64,000 nucleotides of DNA, from the IMG/VR virus record IMGVR_UViG_3300045988_060960. One strand, written 5' to 3'. This document shows, piece by piece, positions 38,312 to 47,272 of the stretch. The notes below the pieces were generated by a model. The model worked only from the letters and a program-made list of their open reading frames with translations, was not told where the DNA came from and searched no databases. Positions within the stretch are counted from its first letter, which is position 1. The number at the start of each line of letters is the position of its first letter. Origin of the DNA: a virus. The translations under genes and the position numbers were made by a program.

Positions 38312-40432
38312 ATGAGAATCTTTAATCTTGAAATCACGCGCCGAAGTGTCCGGGACGAGTATATGAAAACCGCCAAGGATAACTTCGTTTCGCGCTGGGC
38401 GAGACCGCCCTCTTTGAACACGGCGCAGTGGCTGGATATGTTCTCCAAAAGCCCTCGACTTGCTGTGGTGGACCGTATTGCGAGCGACCTTGCCACCATC
38501 AGCGGGAAGCTGTTGAAAGTGGAGGAGGACGGAACAGAAACTGAGATTACGAGCCATCGTTTTCTCGATTTCATGGAGCAGCCCAACCCTCTGTACGAGA
38601 TGACCAGCTCCGCCATCTGGCGACTACATGAGATTTATCTGATGCTCGTCGGTGAGAGCTTTTTCCTTATCGAGCGGGATGAACGGAATCGTCCCGTTGA
38701 GCTGTGGAATGTCCCCCCGCATTGGGTAAAGATGACGCCGTATCTCGGCAGCCCAACCTATACCATTGTCTCCCCCGGAGGGCTGACAATGCAGGTCCCC
38801 GTCGATGATATGTTCGTGATGAAGCAGCTTAACCCGCTCGACCCGTTCTTGCGCGGCCTCGGTATTGCCGAGAGCATAGCTGATGAGGTCGAAATTGACG
38901 AGTACGCCGCAAGGTTCCAAAAGCGCTTCTTCTACAACGACGCCACGCCCCCGGTGGTATTCCTCATGCCGGATGCCACGGATGACCAGCGGGATGCCTT
39001 TCTGGCCCGCTGGAACCAGAAGCATCGCGGAGTGGAGAACAGCCACCTAGCAGCTGCCTTTTCGGGCCGTGTAGATGTGAAAGAACTGGGGAGCAGCAAC
39101 GGAAAGAACCTGAGCTTCGTGGAAAGCCGCATCGCAATTCGAGATGCTGTTCTGGAACACTTTGGTGTTCCGCGCGAGATCATGGGCATCACCGAGAACA
39201 GCAACCGCGCAACTGCCGACGCTGCGCAGTATATCTACGCCAAGAATGTACTCGCCCCGCGCATCAAAATGCGTGAGGAAGCCATCAACAAGCAGCTGCT
39301 CCCCCTGTTCGGAGACGGACTTATCTGGCGATTTGACCCTGTGATTCCCTACGATAAGGAGTTCGATAAGGCAAAGGCTCTCGACGGCTGGAACTCCGGC
39401 CTGCTCATGCAGAACGAGGCTCGGAGACTTCTGGATATGCCCGACATCGAAGGTGGGAATGTATTCAAAGTTTCCATCAACGACCTGTTCTTGAATGAAA
39501 CAGACAGCATGGCTGACGTTTCTCAATCCATGCTCCAAGATGATCTTGCGTTGCAGCAGTCCTGGGGATGGGGAGAGAAAAAGAGGGCCAGAGTAAACCC
39601 CGAAGCTCTCGTCCGCCGCGAAGCTGAGGCCGAGCGGGCCGACGTGCGGCTTTTCGAGGCTGCCGTGACCAAACACTTCCGCGACCAGATCGACGCTGTG
39701 TCAGAGGCTCTCGGCCTCACGAGCAAGGCCGTCGCAGACGACGTATTCGAGGCACTGTCCCGGTTCCTCACAGACGACGGTATGTTCGACCCTGACCTGT
39801 GGGACGCTCTGCCAGAAGATGAGCAGCGCCGGATCACCGAGGCCATTGCCGATGGGCTGCTGGATTGGAACGCTGAAGCCGAGAAGTTGATTCAACTTTT
39901 TAACCCGATCTGGCGGAAAACCTACTCCGATGGCGTAAAAATCAGTGAGGAAATCTACAACCTCACTGAAGTGGACCGGCCTGAATTCGTAACCCACGCC
40001 AAGGTGAACGGCGGGCAAAGGATCGTCGGTATTGAACAAGCCACCAAGCGTAAGATTGCGGAAATCATATCGCGCGGAGTGGCGGAGGGTTCGAGCCAAG
40101 CCACCTTGCGACAGTACATCAAGGACGAGATGAATTTTGCGTCTGCTGCCCGCGTGAAAACCATTGCGCGGCAAGAAACCATGACGACACTGGCCACAGG
40201 GCAGTTTGACATGATGAAATCTGCCGGCGCGAAAACTAAAACATGGCATCACAGGCCACAGAAAAACCCGAGGGACGGGTCGAATGGACCTAACCATGTA
40301 ATCCTAAATGGCGAGACCGTGCCGATTGATGGCAGGTTCTCTAACGGTTTGCGCTATCCGCGTGATCCGCAGGACCCTCGCCCGGAAGAGCTTATCAACT
40401 GCCGTTGTTACCTGACATACGGCGGTTTTTAA
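38312..40432 (+). CDS. Portal protein (HK97-family-like) fused to MuF/SPP1 gp7-like minor head protein domain (706 aa)
   Basis: The N-terminal ~420 aa shows the portal pattern (FMEQPNPLYEMTSSAIWRLHEIYLMLVGESFFLIERDERNRPVELW). The C-terminal ~200 aa shows the MuF pattern, ending HVILNGETVPIDGRFSNGLRYPRDPQDPRPEELINCRCYLTY. Confidence 0.8.
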   Translation: MRIFNLEITRRSVRDEYMKTAKDNFVSRWARPPSLNTAQWLDMFSKSPRLAVVDRIASDLATISGKLLKVEEDGTETEITSHRFLDFMEQPNPLYEMTSSAIWRLHEIYLMLVGESFFLIERDERNRPVELWNVPPHWVKMTPYLGSPTYTIVSPGGLTMQVPVDDMFVMKQLNPLDPFLRGLGIAESIADEVEIDEYAARFQKRFFYNDATPPVVFLMPDATDDQRDAFLARWNQKHRGVENSHLAAAFSGRVDVKELGSSNGKNLSFVESRIAIRDAVLEHFGVPREIMGITENSNRATADAAQYIYAKNVLAPRIKMREEAINKQLLPLFGDGLIWRFDPVIPYDKEFDKAKALDGWNSGLLMQNEARRLLDMPDIEGGNVFKVSINDLFLNETDSMADVSQSMLQDDLALQQSWGWGEKKRARVNPEALVRREAEAERADVRLFEAAVTKHFRDQIDAVSEALGLTSKAVADDVFEALSRFLTDDGMFDPDLWDALPEDEQRRITEAIADGLLDWNAEAEKLIQLFNPIWRKTYSDGVKISEEIYNLTEVDRPEFVTHAKVNGGQRIVGIEQATKRKIAEIISRGVAEGSSQATLRQYIKDEMNFASAARVKTIARQETMTTLATGQFDMMKSAGAKTKTWHHRPQKNPRDGSNGPNHVILNGETVPIDGRFSNGLRYPRDPQDPRPEELINCRCYLTYGGF

Positions 40433-40468
40433 GATTGCCCTAATCTCTGAGGAAAGGAGGTAAACCGT

Positions 40469-41221
40469 ATGGCTATTAAGGGAAAACGAGCTGCCGGTGC
40501 TACGCCGGAGCCGAAAGCCTCTACTTGTGAGTACAAGGCGTTCAAGTTTGAACTGGAAAACTCTGATGAGAGTGGCGAGTTCTCTGGGTACGCGGCTGTG
40601 TTTGGAAACAGGGACAGCGGCGATGACATCATCGAGAAAGGCGCGTTCTCCAAGACCATCAGAGAGGATTTTGACCGAATCAAGATCCTCGCGCTGCACA
40701 ACGATTGCTGGCTTCCTGTCGGCAGACCATTGGAACTGCGTGAGGATGAGAGAGGTCTTTTCATCCGGGGCAAAATCAGTGACACCTCTATGGGCCGCGA
40801 CATCAAAACGCTGCTCAGAGACGGCGTACTGACAGAACTGTCTATCGGCTACGATGCAGTATCTTTCGACTTCGACAAAGATGATGGCGTTCGGCATCTG
40901 AAAGAAATCAGGCTGTGGGAAGTTTCCATTGTGACCTGGGCTATGAATGACCAGGCCAAGATCAACGAGGTAAAATCGCTCGCCGAAGATCTCCGTTCTG
41001 AGATCAAGGCTGGCAAAATTACCCGCGCACGGCTTGACGCTCTGAAACCCTTTATCGCAGTTGTCCGGGAACTTGCTGAAATCCTCGGCCCGTTCCTTGA
41101 ACCGGCGCCGCCGGAGGAAACTCAGACCCAGAACAACATCCAAAAATCTGCGCAGAAACCTGAGCAGACCAAAACATCGGGGATTGTCTTCGAGATTGTC
41201 CCCTCACCTAACAGGAGGTAA
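40469..41221 (+). CDS. HK97-family prohead (maturation) protease (250 aa)
   Basis: FSGYAAVFGNRDSGDDIIEKGAFSKT...ILALHN...PVG...EDERGLFIRGKIS...LSIGY matches the S78/U35 prohead protease pattern. It sits between portal and capsid genes. Confidence 0.8.
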   Translation: MAIKGKRAAGATPEPKASTCEYKAFKFELENSDESGEFSGYAAVFGNRDSGDDIIEKGAFSKTIREDFDRIKILALHNDCWLPVGRPLELREDERGLFIRGKISDTSMGRDIKTLLRDGVLTELSIGYDAVSFDFDKDDGVRHLKEIRLWEVSIVTWAMNDQAKINEVKSLAEDLRSEIKAGKITRARLDALKPFIAVVRELAEILGPFLEPAPPEETQTQNNIQKSAQKPEQTKTSGIVFEIVPSPNRR

Positions 41222-41226
41222 CGAAA

Positions 41227-42849
41227 ATGAAACTTACTCAGGAACAGCTCGCCGAACTGATTGCGAAGGTGTTTTCCAATCTCGACGAGCGTCGCAAGGC
41301 TTGCAAGGAGGGCGAAGGTGCCCCCGGCGGCTTCTCCACCGATGATATTATCTCCGAGGTAAACAACATCCTCGGCGCGCTGGGTGACGAAGGCTTTGGC
41401 TCTGGTGAGAGCGAAGGCGACGGTGTTGCCGCAGCTGCTGTTACCGACCCGCTCGCTGTTACCGACCCGCTCGCTTTTGCCGCTCCCGCTGCTGGCGTCG
41501 TCGCTGAGAAGGGCGAAGGCGAAGACATGGGCGCTGCCGTGTCTCCCGAGCTGATCGCCAAGGTGATCGCCGCTCTGGGTGCTATGGGCGCTTCTGAGGG
41601 CGCCAAGAGCGCCGCTCCCGCCTCTGAGACAAAGGGTACCGCCGGTGTCACTGAGACCAAGGCGGCCCGCTCTGGTGAGCGTGTGGGCGCTCCCCAGCGC
41701 AAGTACGCAAGCCTGTTCCTCTCTACCGGCGCTTCTCGTGACAGTGTGCGGACTACCGGCTTCAAGGCTCGTATGGAATCCATGTCCGGCCCCGAGCGCC
41801 GCAAAGCTGCCTACGGTATGTTTGGCCGTGCTGTGAAGTGCATCCACGCATCCGGCGGCGACGCCGAGAAGGCCGCTTTCACTGCGGAGCGTAAATTCGG
41901 CGACACTGAGATGGCGCATGAGTTTAAGGCCCTGTCTGTGACCTCTCCTTCCGACGGTGGTTATCTGGTTCCCGAGGTGTACGCCAACGAGATCATCGAG
42001 CTGCTGTACCCCTCCACCGTTATTTATAGCCTGGGCGCCCGCCGGCTCGGCATGAATAATGGCAACCTGAACATCCCCAAGATCAAGACCGGTTCCCGTG
42101 CTCTGTTTACTGGTGAGAGCCGTTCTCTGCCCAAGTCCGCTCCCAAGTTCGGCAACCTGAAGCTGTCTGCCAAGAAGCTGACCGCCCTCATCCCCATGAG
42201 TAACGATCTGCTGCGCTCTACCAACTTCGACAACGACGTCATCGTTGGTCAGGATGTCACCAAGCAGATGGCCCTCGGCGTTGACTTCGGCGCGCTTCTG
42301 GGTTCCGGCGGTGAGTTCCAGCCTCTCGGTATCACCCGCAACAAGAACGTCCTGAATCTGGACGTGACCAGCCTCGGCACTGAATACGCCAGCACTGCCG
42401 GCGTCCTGACCGCCGCCTTCCCCAACTACCTCGTGGCTTCCGTCCTGAAGAACAACGTCTATGCCGACGGTCTGGGCTTCGTGTTCAACACCAGCGTGGA
42501 ACAGTTCTTCAAGTCCCTTCGCGACAATGTTGGCGGCTTCATCTTCGCTGACGAGATGAACAAGAACGGCACTCTGGTTGGCTACCCCTACAAGACCACC
42601 AACCTGCTGGAAACTGTGGGCGGTAAAACCCAGATCATCTTCGGCAACTGGAACGATCTGGTTATCGGCGAGCAGGGCGCTCTGGAAATCGAGACCAGCC
42701 GTGAAGGCTCTTGGACCGATGACGCCGGCAACCTGATCTCCGCTTTCGAGAACGACCAGACGCTGGTTCGCGCCATCAACAATGTGGACACCGGCCTGCG
42801 CCATGACGAGAGTTTCGCCGTGGCCTCCAAGGTTTCTGTCCCCGTGTAA
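41227..42849 (+). CDS. Major capsid protein, HK97 fold, with long acidic/Ala-Gly-rich N-terminal (scaffold/delta-like) region (540 aa)
   Basis: The C-terminal ~300 aa carries the Phage_capsid pattern (GGYLVPEVYANEIIELLYPSTVIYSLGARRLGMNNGNLNIPKIKTGSRALFTGE). It lies directly after the protease. Confidence 0.85.
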   Translation: MKLTQEQLAELIAKVFSNLDERRKACKEGEGAPGGFSTDDIISEVNNILGALGDEGFGSGESEGDGVAAAAVTDPLAVTDPLAFAAPAAGVVAEKGEGEDMGAAVSPELIAKVIAALGAMGASEGAKSAAPASETKGTAGVTETKAARSGERVGAPQRKYASLFLSTGASRDSVRTTGFKARMESMSGPERRKAAYGMFGRAVKCIHASGGDAEKAAFTAERKFGDTEMAHEFKALSVTSPSDGGYLVPEVYANEIIELLYPSTVIYSLGARRLGMNNGNLNIPKIKTGSRALFTGESRSLPKSAPKFGNLKLSAKKLTALIPMSNDLLRSTNFDNDVIVGQDVTKQMALGVDFGALLGSGGEFQPLGITRNKNVLNLDVTSLGTEYASTAGVLTAAFPNYLVASVLKNNVYADGLGFVFNTSVEQFFKSLRDNVGGFIFADEMNKNGTLVGYPYKTTNLLETVGGKTQIIFGNWNDLVIGEQGALEIETSREGSWTDDAGNLISAFENDQTLVRAINNVDTGLRHDESFAVASKVSVPV

Positions 42850-42865
42850 TAGGAGGTAAACAGCA

Positions 42866-43234
42866 ATGAAAAGAGAACTGCTTCAGAACGTCAAAGTTCT
42901 GCCCTACACCTCTGGGGAGGCCATTGACCGGTCCGGTTTCCTGTCCGGCGTGATTGGCGCCAAGATCGGGACCGCCGGTGCGCTGACCCTGACCGTCACC
43001 CACAGTGATGACAATTCCGATTTCGTCCCCGTAACCGATGTTCAGGTGTTTCCTGAGAAGCAGACCGAGGGCGGTACCTTCACCACTGAGGAGCTGGCAA
43101 AAGATGATGTCGTGAACATCGACATCGACCTGCTGGGTCTGAAGGACTTTGTGAAGATTACCGCCTCCGGCGCTGCCGCTACCGGCACTGCCCTGTCCAT
43201 CGCTCTCGGCGACAAGCACACCCAGCCCGTGTAA
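42866..43234 (+). CDS. Hypothetical head protein (possible decoration protein, 122 aa)
   Basis: Strong SD; position directly after the capsid gene; no family recognised. Confidence 0.6.
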   Translation: MKRELLQNVKVLPYTSGEAIDRSGFLSGVIGAKIGTAGALTLTVTHSDDNSDFVPVTDVQVFPEKQTEGGTFTTEELAKDDVVNIDIDLLGLKDFVKITASGAAATGTALSIALGDKHTQPV

Positions 43235-43248
43235 CGGAGGGAATGACC

Positions 43249-43395
43249 ATGCCGAGAATCTACAAACCTGTCGGGCCTTCCGCCAACAAGGCAACTGGCC
43301 CCAGCAGCAACAAGGCTCCCGGCTCGGCGGCACCCGCACCCGCCGGGGGCGTAAAGCCCGACGACAAAAAGAAAGACGCTGGCGGCGAGAAATAA
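43249..43395 (+). CDS. Small Pro/Ala/Gly-rich basic ORF (48 aa)
   Basis: Below the 60-aa track cutoff; read by hand: MPRIYKPVGPSANKATGPSSNKAPGSAAPAPAGGVKPDDKKKDAGGEK. GGAGGG SD 7 nt upstream. It fills an otherwise empty 190-nt gap. Confidence 0.3.
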   Translation: MPRIYKPVGPSANKATGPSSNKAPGSAAPAPAGGVKPDDKKKDAGGEK

Positions 43396-43424
43396 TCTTG
43401 CCGCCTCTCATTTAGGAGGTCTAT

Positions 43425-44048
43425 ATGCTTGCAGACAATGCGCTCACAACCCTCGACAGAATGAAGCTGATGCTGGGGTTGGCAGGAGTAGAGGATGCTC
43501 AAACTGATGAGGTCATCACGCTCCTGATTAACCGGGCGTCCTCGTGGATCGAGCGCCAGATCGGCAGGCATTTGGGCCGCCGGTCTTACCGGCAAAAATA
43601 CGATGCCGACGGACAGCAGGAACTCGTCACTCTGGAATACCCCATCATCAGTGTGGAGTATGTCAAGGAAGACGGCAAAGTAGTTGACCCGAAAACCTAT
43701 GACTTCTCGCAGGACGGACAGATCGGGGTGATTTACCGGGACGAGGGCTGGCTGAAAGCAGGATACCGCAGAGGTCTGGCCTACGACATTGTAGCGCCCA
43801 AGAGGGCCATCGAAGTGAGCTACACGGCGGGATATGTTTTACCAAAGGATGCCACTGCCGATGACCCTCAGACCCTGCCTGCGGATCTTGAAGGGCTGAT
43901 TTGGGATATCGTCTCTCAGGCGTATACCAATCTGCAAAATGGTTCTCAGGGGCTGTCGTCTTTCTCTATCTCTGACGTGACATGGAATTTCGACAAGTCT
44001 CAGCCTGAATCTTGGTCCCAGATTATCAATATGTATCGGAGGTATTGA
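43425..44048 (+). CDS. Head-tail connector protein (gp6-like N-terminal domain, 207 aa)
   Basis: LTTLDRMKLMLGLAGVEDAQTDEVITLLINRASSWIERQIGRHL matches the gp6-like head-tail connector pattern. Confidence 0.65.
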   Translation: MLADNALTTLDRMKLMLGLAGVEDAQTDEVITLLINRASSWIERQIGRHLGRRSYRQKYDADGQQELVTLEYPIISVEYVKEDGKVVDPKTYDFSQDGQIGVIYRDEGWLKAGYRRGLAYDIVAPKRAIEVSYTAGYVLPKDATADDPQTLPADLEGLIWDIVSQAYTNLQNGSQGLSSFSISDVTWNFDKSQPESWSQIINMYRRY

Positions 44049-44050
44049 TC

Positions 44051-44479
44051 GTGGACACCAATGCGATACTCAGCGACTTTGAGCGCCTGAAATCCGCCTG
44101 CCGTGAGATGGCGGGCAAGAAAATCATTGTCGGGATTGTGGGCGAGGCAGATTCGGAAGTTATCGCGATTGCCCACGCGCATGAGTACGGTACTGATAAG
44201 CTGCCAGAACGCTCGTTCATACGAGCGAGTTTCGATGCCGACCAAGAAAAGCTCAGCGGCATTGTTACAAAGCAGGTAGACAAGGTTCTGACAGGTGAAA
44301 CATCCGCAAGTTCCGCAGCGAACGCCATTGGGGCGCAGGCTGCTCAACTCGTGCAGAACTTCATCGACGATAACCGTGTCAAGCCGCAATCTGATTTCTC
44401 AAAGAAAACGCAGCACACGACGCTGTATGAAACAGGTACTCACATCAGAGACCGCATCGCGTACAAAGTGGAGGAGTAA
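44051..44479 (+). CDS. HK97 gp10-like head-tail joining protein (142 aa)
   Basis: IIVGIVGEADSEVIAIAHAHEYGTDKLPERSFIRASFD matches the gp10-family pattern. GTG 44051 behind GGAGG is preferred over the track ATG 44012, which overlaps the upstream gene. Confidence 0.6.
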   Translation: MDTNAILSDFERLKSACREMAGKKIIVGIVGEADSEVIAIAHAHEYGTDKLPERSFIRASFDADQEKLSGIVTKQVDKVLTGETSASSAANAIGAQAAQLVQNFIDDNRVKPQSDFSKKTQHTTLYETGTHIRDRIAYKVEE

Positions 44480-44482
44480 TCT

Positions 44483-44833
44483 ATGCTTCGTGCAACACCA
44501 AGACTTCCACGAGCGCTTTTACACATTCTGACCGTGACAGACCGCACATTCGAGCGCGGCCCCGGCGGGCAGTCGAGGCCCGTGGAAAAACCGGTAAAGA
44601 GCTTCTGGGGCGTAGTGCTCCCCCTTTCCAACTTGGATTGGAAGATGCTTCCTGAAGGAACCTACACACAAAACTCTCAGAAGCTGTACACCGATGACCC
44701 GATCGACATTTCTCCCGGACAGATTATCCGAGACACCTACGACGGTCAGCAGTACACCGTCACGCAAAAACTGTCGCACAACTCTATTCACCCCATGCTC
44801 CGCTTTTTGGTGGAAGGGGTGGTAAAGAAATGA
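44483..44833 (+). CDS. Hypothetical neck protein (116 aa)
   Basis: SD GGAGGAG; position in the head-tail joining block; no family recognised. Confidence 0.6.
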   Translation: MLRATPRLPRALLHILTVTDRTFERGPGGQSRPVEKPVKSFWGVVLPLSNLDWKMLPEGTYTQNSQKLYTDDPIDISPGQIIRDTYDGQQYTVTQKLSHNSIHPMLRFLVEGVVKK

Positions 44834-45360
44834 CGCTGGAACAAGCTCGCAACGCAATCGTTGCAGGACTGGAAGCCCACATCGGACGACCGGTTCGGCT
44901 ATCTGAGCAGATCGAAGATATGCCAGATTATCCGTATTGCTATTACAGCATTCTTGCTCCGCGAATTTCAGAACACGCTTTCGGCTTGCAAGAGCTGATC
45001 GAGAAAGACGGAGAGTTCATCCGTCGCAGGTCAGAACCTGTGATGGCTACAATGTCCTTCACTTTTTGCAGCATGAACCGTGAAACTGAAAATGGTTTTG
45101 TGTACGGAGAGGATGAAGCCCTCGCCCTTTGTGAAAAAGGCTTAGGCTTTTTCTTGCTGAACGGACACAACATCAGAACCGAATTTGGCGATGTTGTTGT
45201 GAATAATGTGGGCGCCGCCGCAAACCGCACCAGCTTTCTCGTAGAGGATTCCGTTCGCCGGTATGGATTCGACATCCGCATCTCGTTTGTCAGAACCGAT
45301 GAGATGCCGACAGTAACAGTCGAGCGAGTAAACGATCCTTCGGGAAATGCTCATTCATAA
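44830..45360 (+). CDS. Hypothetical neck/tail-completion protein (176 aa)
   Basis: ATGA overlap with the previous gene; directly upstream of the sheath gene, the position of a tail terminator or completion protein. Confidence 0.6.
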   Translation: MTLEQARNAIVAGLEAHIGRPVRLSEQIEDMPDYPYCYYSILAPRISEHAFGLQELIEKDGEFIRRRSEPVMATMSFTFCSMNRETENGFVYGEDEALALCEKGLGFFLLNGHNIRTEFGDVVVNNVGAAANRTSFLVEDSVRRYGFDIRISFVRTDEMPTVTVERVNDPSGNAHS

Positions 45361-45375
45361 GAAGGAGGAAGCCTT

Positions 45376-46857
45376 ATGGCAAAAGACATCATCGTCGTGG
45401 TGCAGCGAGACGCGCTGCCCACTGAAAAGGAGAGCCTCGACATCCTTCTCGTGTCCACCACCGGCGAATATCCGGTGAACACGTACCGGGATCTGGCGAG
45501 TGTTGAGGCCGTGTTTGGCCCCGACGGGCCTTGCCCCAACTCCAAAATCGTTCGCAAGGTGACAACCTTGCTAAATCAGGGTAAAACGACCCTCGCGGAC
45601 ACCCTTATCAGCAAGTTCAAAATCGTAGGCTTTGAGCCTCCCAGCGCATCTCCTGCCGTGACCGCAACCTTCGCTGTAACATTCGCGGAACCGCAGAGTG
45701 TGGACGCAAGCAAGGAGCTGTGGGCGAGAATTGGCGGAGACGGCAAGGCCCTTGTGAAAGTGACCGCCAAATCAGCCGTAACTACCGCAGCACAGTTTGC
45801 CGCGTTGTTTGATGGAACCAGCTTTGAGATTGGCGGGAAAACTTACTCCGGCGCGGCTGTGGGTGATACCGTCCTCTACACGGCTACCGTTTCCGGTGAA
45901 GCAGATTCCATCCCCGAGCGGGTTGAAATCTTCGAGGACGAAGGCATGACCACTCCCTTCGCCGCCGAACTGACTGCGGAGTTTGTAAACGGCTCGGACG
46001 AGATCAGCGCTGCTGATAATCTCGTAAACGCCATCAAGCAATTTCAGACGGAGGTAACGAATGACTGGTACTACCTGCTGACCGACAAGGACGACGACGA
46101 ATACGTCATTGCCCTCGCGAAGTTTGCGGAGGCCAGTGAACCTACTGAGGCAGAGCTTGGTGCTGGTGTTGAAGACCACCGAAAGTTCTACATGGGGCAG
46201 ACCAGCAATAAGCAGCTCGTCAGCTCCACCGCTCGGGCCGCTGTAATCTACACGGATGAGGAGTATCTGAACGAGGAACCGGACGCCTCTTACACCGGAA
46301 ATGTGGGTCCCTTTTATCCGAAGGCGGTCACTTGGAAATTCAAGCGCCCCCAAGACGGCAACGCCAACACCAGCGAGGGTGAGAAACTCATCTCGCTCCC
46401 GCGTCTGACCGACGCCGAGCGGGAGCAGCTTCTGGAAAACCACGTGAACTTCCTCACGGAGGAGTACAAACGCCAGTATGTGAAGGAGGGCGTGTGCCTC
46501 AACGGCGAGTTCATCGACGTTGTTCTCGGCGGAGACTGGATCGCAAAACGTATGCGTGACCTGCTCTACGACATCATGCTCGAAAACGCCAACATCGACT
46601 ACGATGATGCCGGCTTCGGGCTGATTGCATCTGCCGTCTTGCAGACTCTCGCCGAGGCCGCTGACGACGACCACAAAATCGTTGCCGTTGACCAGAAAAG
46701 CCGCGCCGGGCTGTACACCGTCACTATCCCCAAGTTTGCAGACGCCACGGACGATCAGCGCCGGAATCGCGTTATGCCCGACATCTACTGGGAAGCGCAG
46801 CTCTCTGGCGCCGTGCATCAGGTTAAAACCAAGGGCGTCCTCCGCGTTTCTCTGTAA
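45376..46857 (+). CDS. Contractile tail sheath protein (493 aa)
   Basis: Size and position (before the tube gene). Sheath-like C-terminus (DYDDAGFGLIASAVLQTLAEAA...LYTVTIPKFADATDDQRRNRVMPDIYWEAQLSGAVHQVKTKGVLRVSL), as in XkdK-type sheaths. Confidence 0.75.
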   Translation: MAKDIIVVVQRDALPTEKESLDILLVSTTGEYPVNTYRDLASVEAVFGPDGPCPNSKIVRKVTTLLNQGKTTLADTLISKFKIVGFEPPSASPAVTATFAVTFAEPQSVDASKELWARIGGDGKALVKVTAKSAVTTAAQFAALFDGTSFEIGGKTYSGAAVGDTVLYTATVSGEADSIPERVEIFEDEGMTTPFAAELTAEFVNGSDEISAADNLVNAIKQFQTEVTNDWYYLLTDKDDDEYVIALAKFAEASEPTEAELGAGVEDHRKFYMGQTSNKQLVSSTARAAVIYTDEEYLNEEPDASYTGNVGPFYPKAVTWKFKRPQDGNANTSEGEKLISLPRLTDAEREQLLENHVNFLTEEYKRQYVKEGVCLNGEFIDVVLGGDWIAKRMRDLLYDIMLENANIDYDDAGFGLIASAVLQTLAEAADDDHKIVAVDQKSRAGLYTVTIPKFADATDDQRRNRVMPDIYWEAQLSGAVHQVKTKGVLRVSL

Positions 46858-46876
46858 AGAAGGAGTGTGAGAAACT

Positions 46877-47272
46877 ATGTTACAGACCTACGATCCCCAG
46901 AAGGTAAACGTGACCTTCAACAATCATCAGCTCCGTATGTTCGGTGACAGCTTGTTCACCCTTGCAAGAGACGAGGATAACGTGACGCTGAAGAAAGGCG
47001 TGAAGGGCGACGGGACCTACATCCTGAACGCCAACAAGGCTGCTAAGCTGACCATCACGCTTCAGCCCGATTCTCCGGACATCTCGTTCATCGAGCGGTG
47101 CGCCGAGCAGAACACAATGGGCAATCTGGCTGTCACGGATGCCAATGACAACGGCACTGTGATTTTTGCCCGGAATGTGATGGTGTCCAAGCTGCCCGAC
47201 CGCTCCCGTGCGAAGGAAGCTGCGGACGTTTCCATCATCTTTATCATCCCGGATCTGACGCTGCAAAACTGA
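46877..47272 (+). CDS. Tail tube protein (131 aa)
   Basis: Follows the sheath gene, with XkdM-like size. The N-terminus TYDPQKVNVTFNNHQLRMFGDSLFTLARDED is typical of this tube family. Confidence 0.65.
   Translation: MLQTYDPQKVNVTFNNHQLRMFGDSLFTLARDEDNVTLKKGVKGDGTYILNANKAAKLTITLQPDSPDISFIERCAEQNTMGNLAVTDANDNGTVIFARNVMVSKLPDRSRAKEAADVSIIFIIPDLTLQN

Noticed and set aside
41122-42804. 560-aa minus-strand ORF opposite the major capsid gene (mirror 14679..16361 +). The same applies to 49234..50841 (-)/6642..8249 (+), 35082..36380 (-)/21103..22401 (+), 28895..30160 (-)/27323..28588 (+) and 55080..56324 (-)/1159..2403 (+).
   Set aside because: All are long antisense shadows of confidently recognised genes (capsid, tape measure, ParB-MTase, early block, baseplate). 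They have biased low-complexity composition and no ribosome-binding sites.
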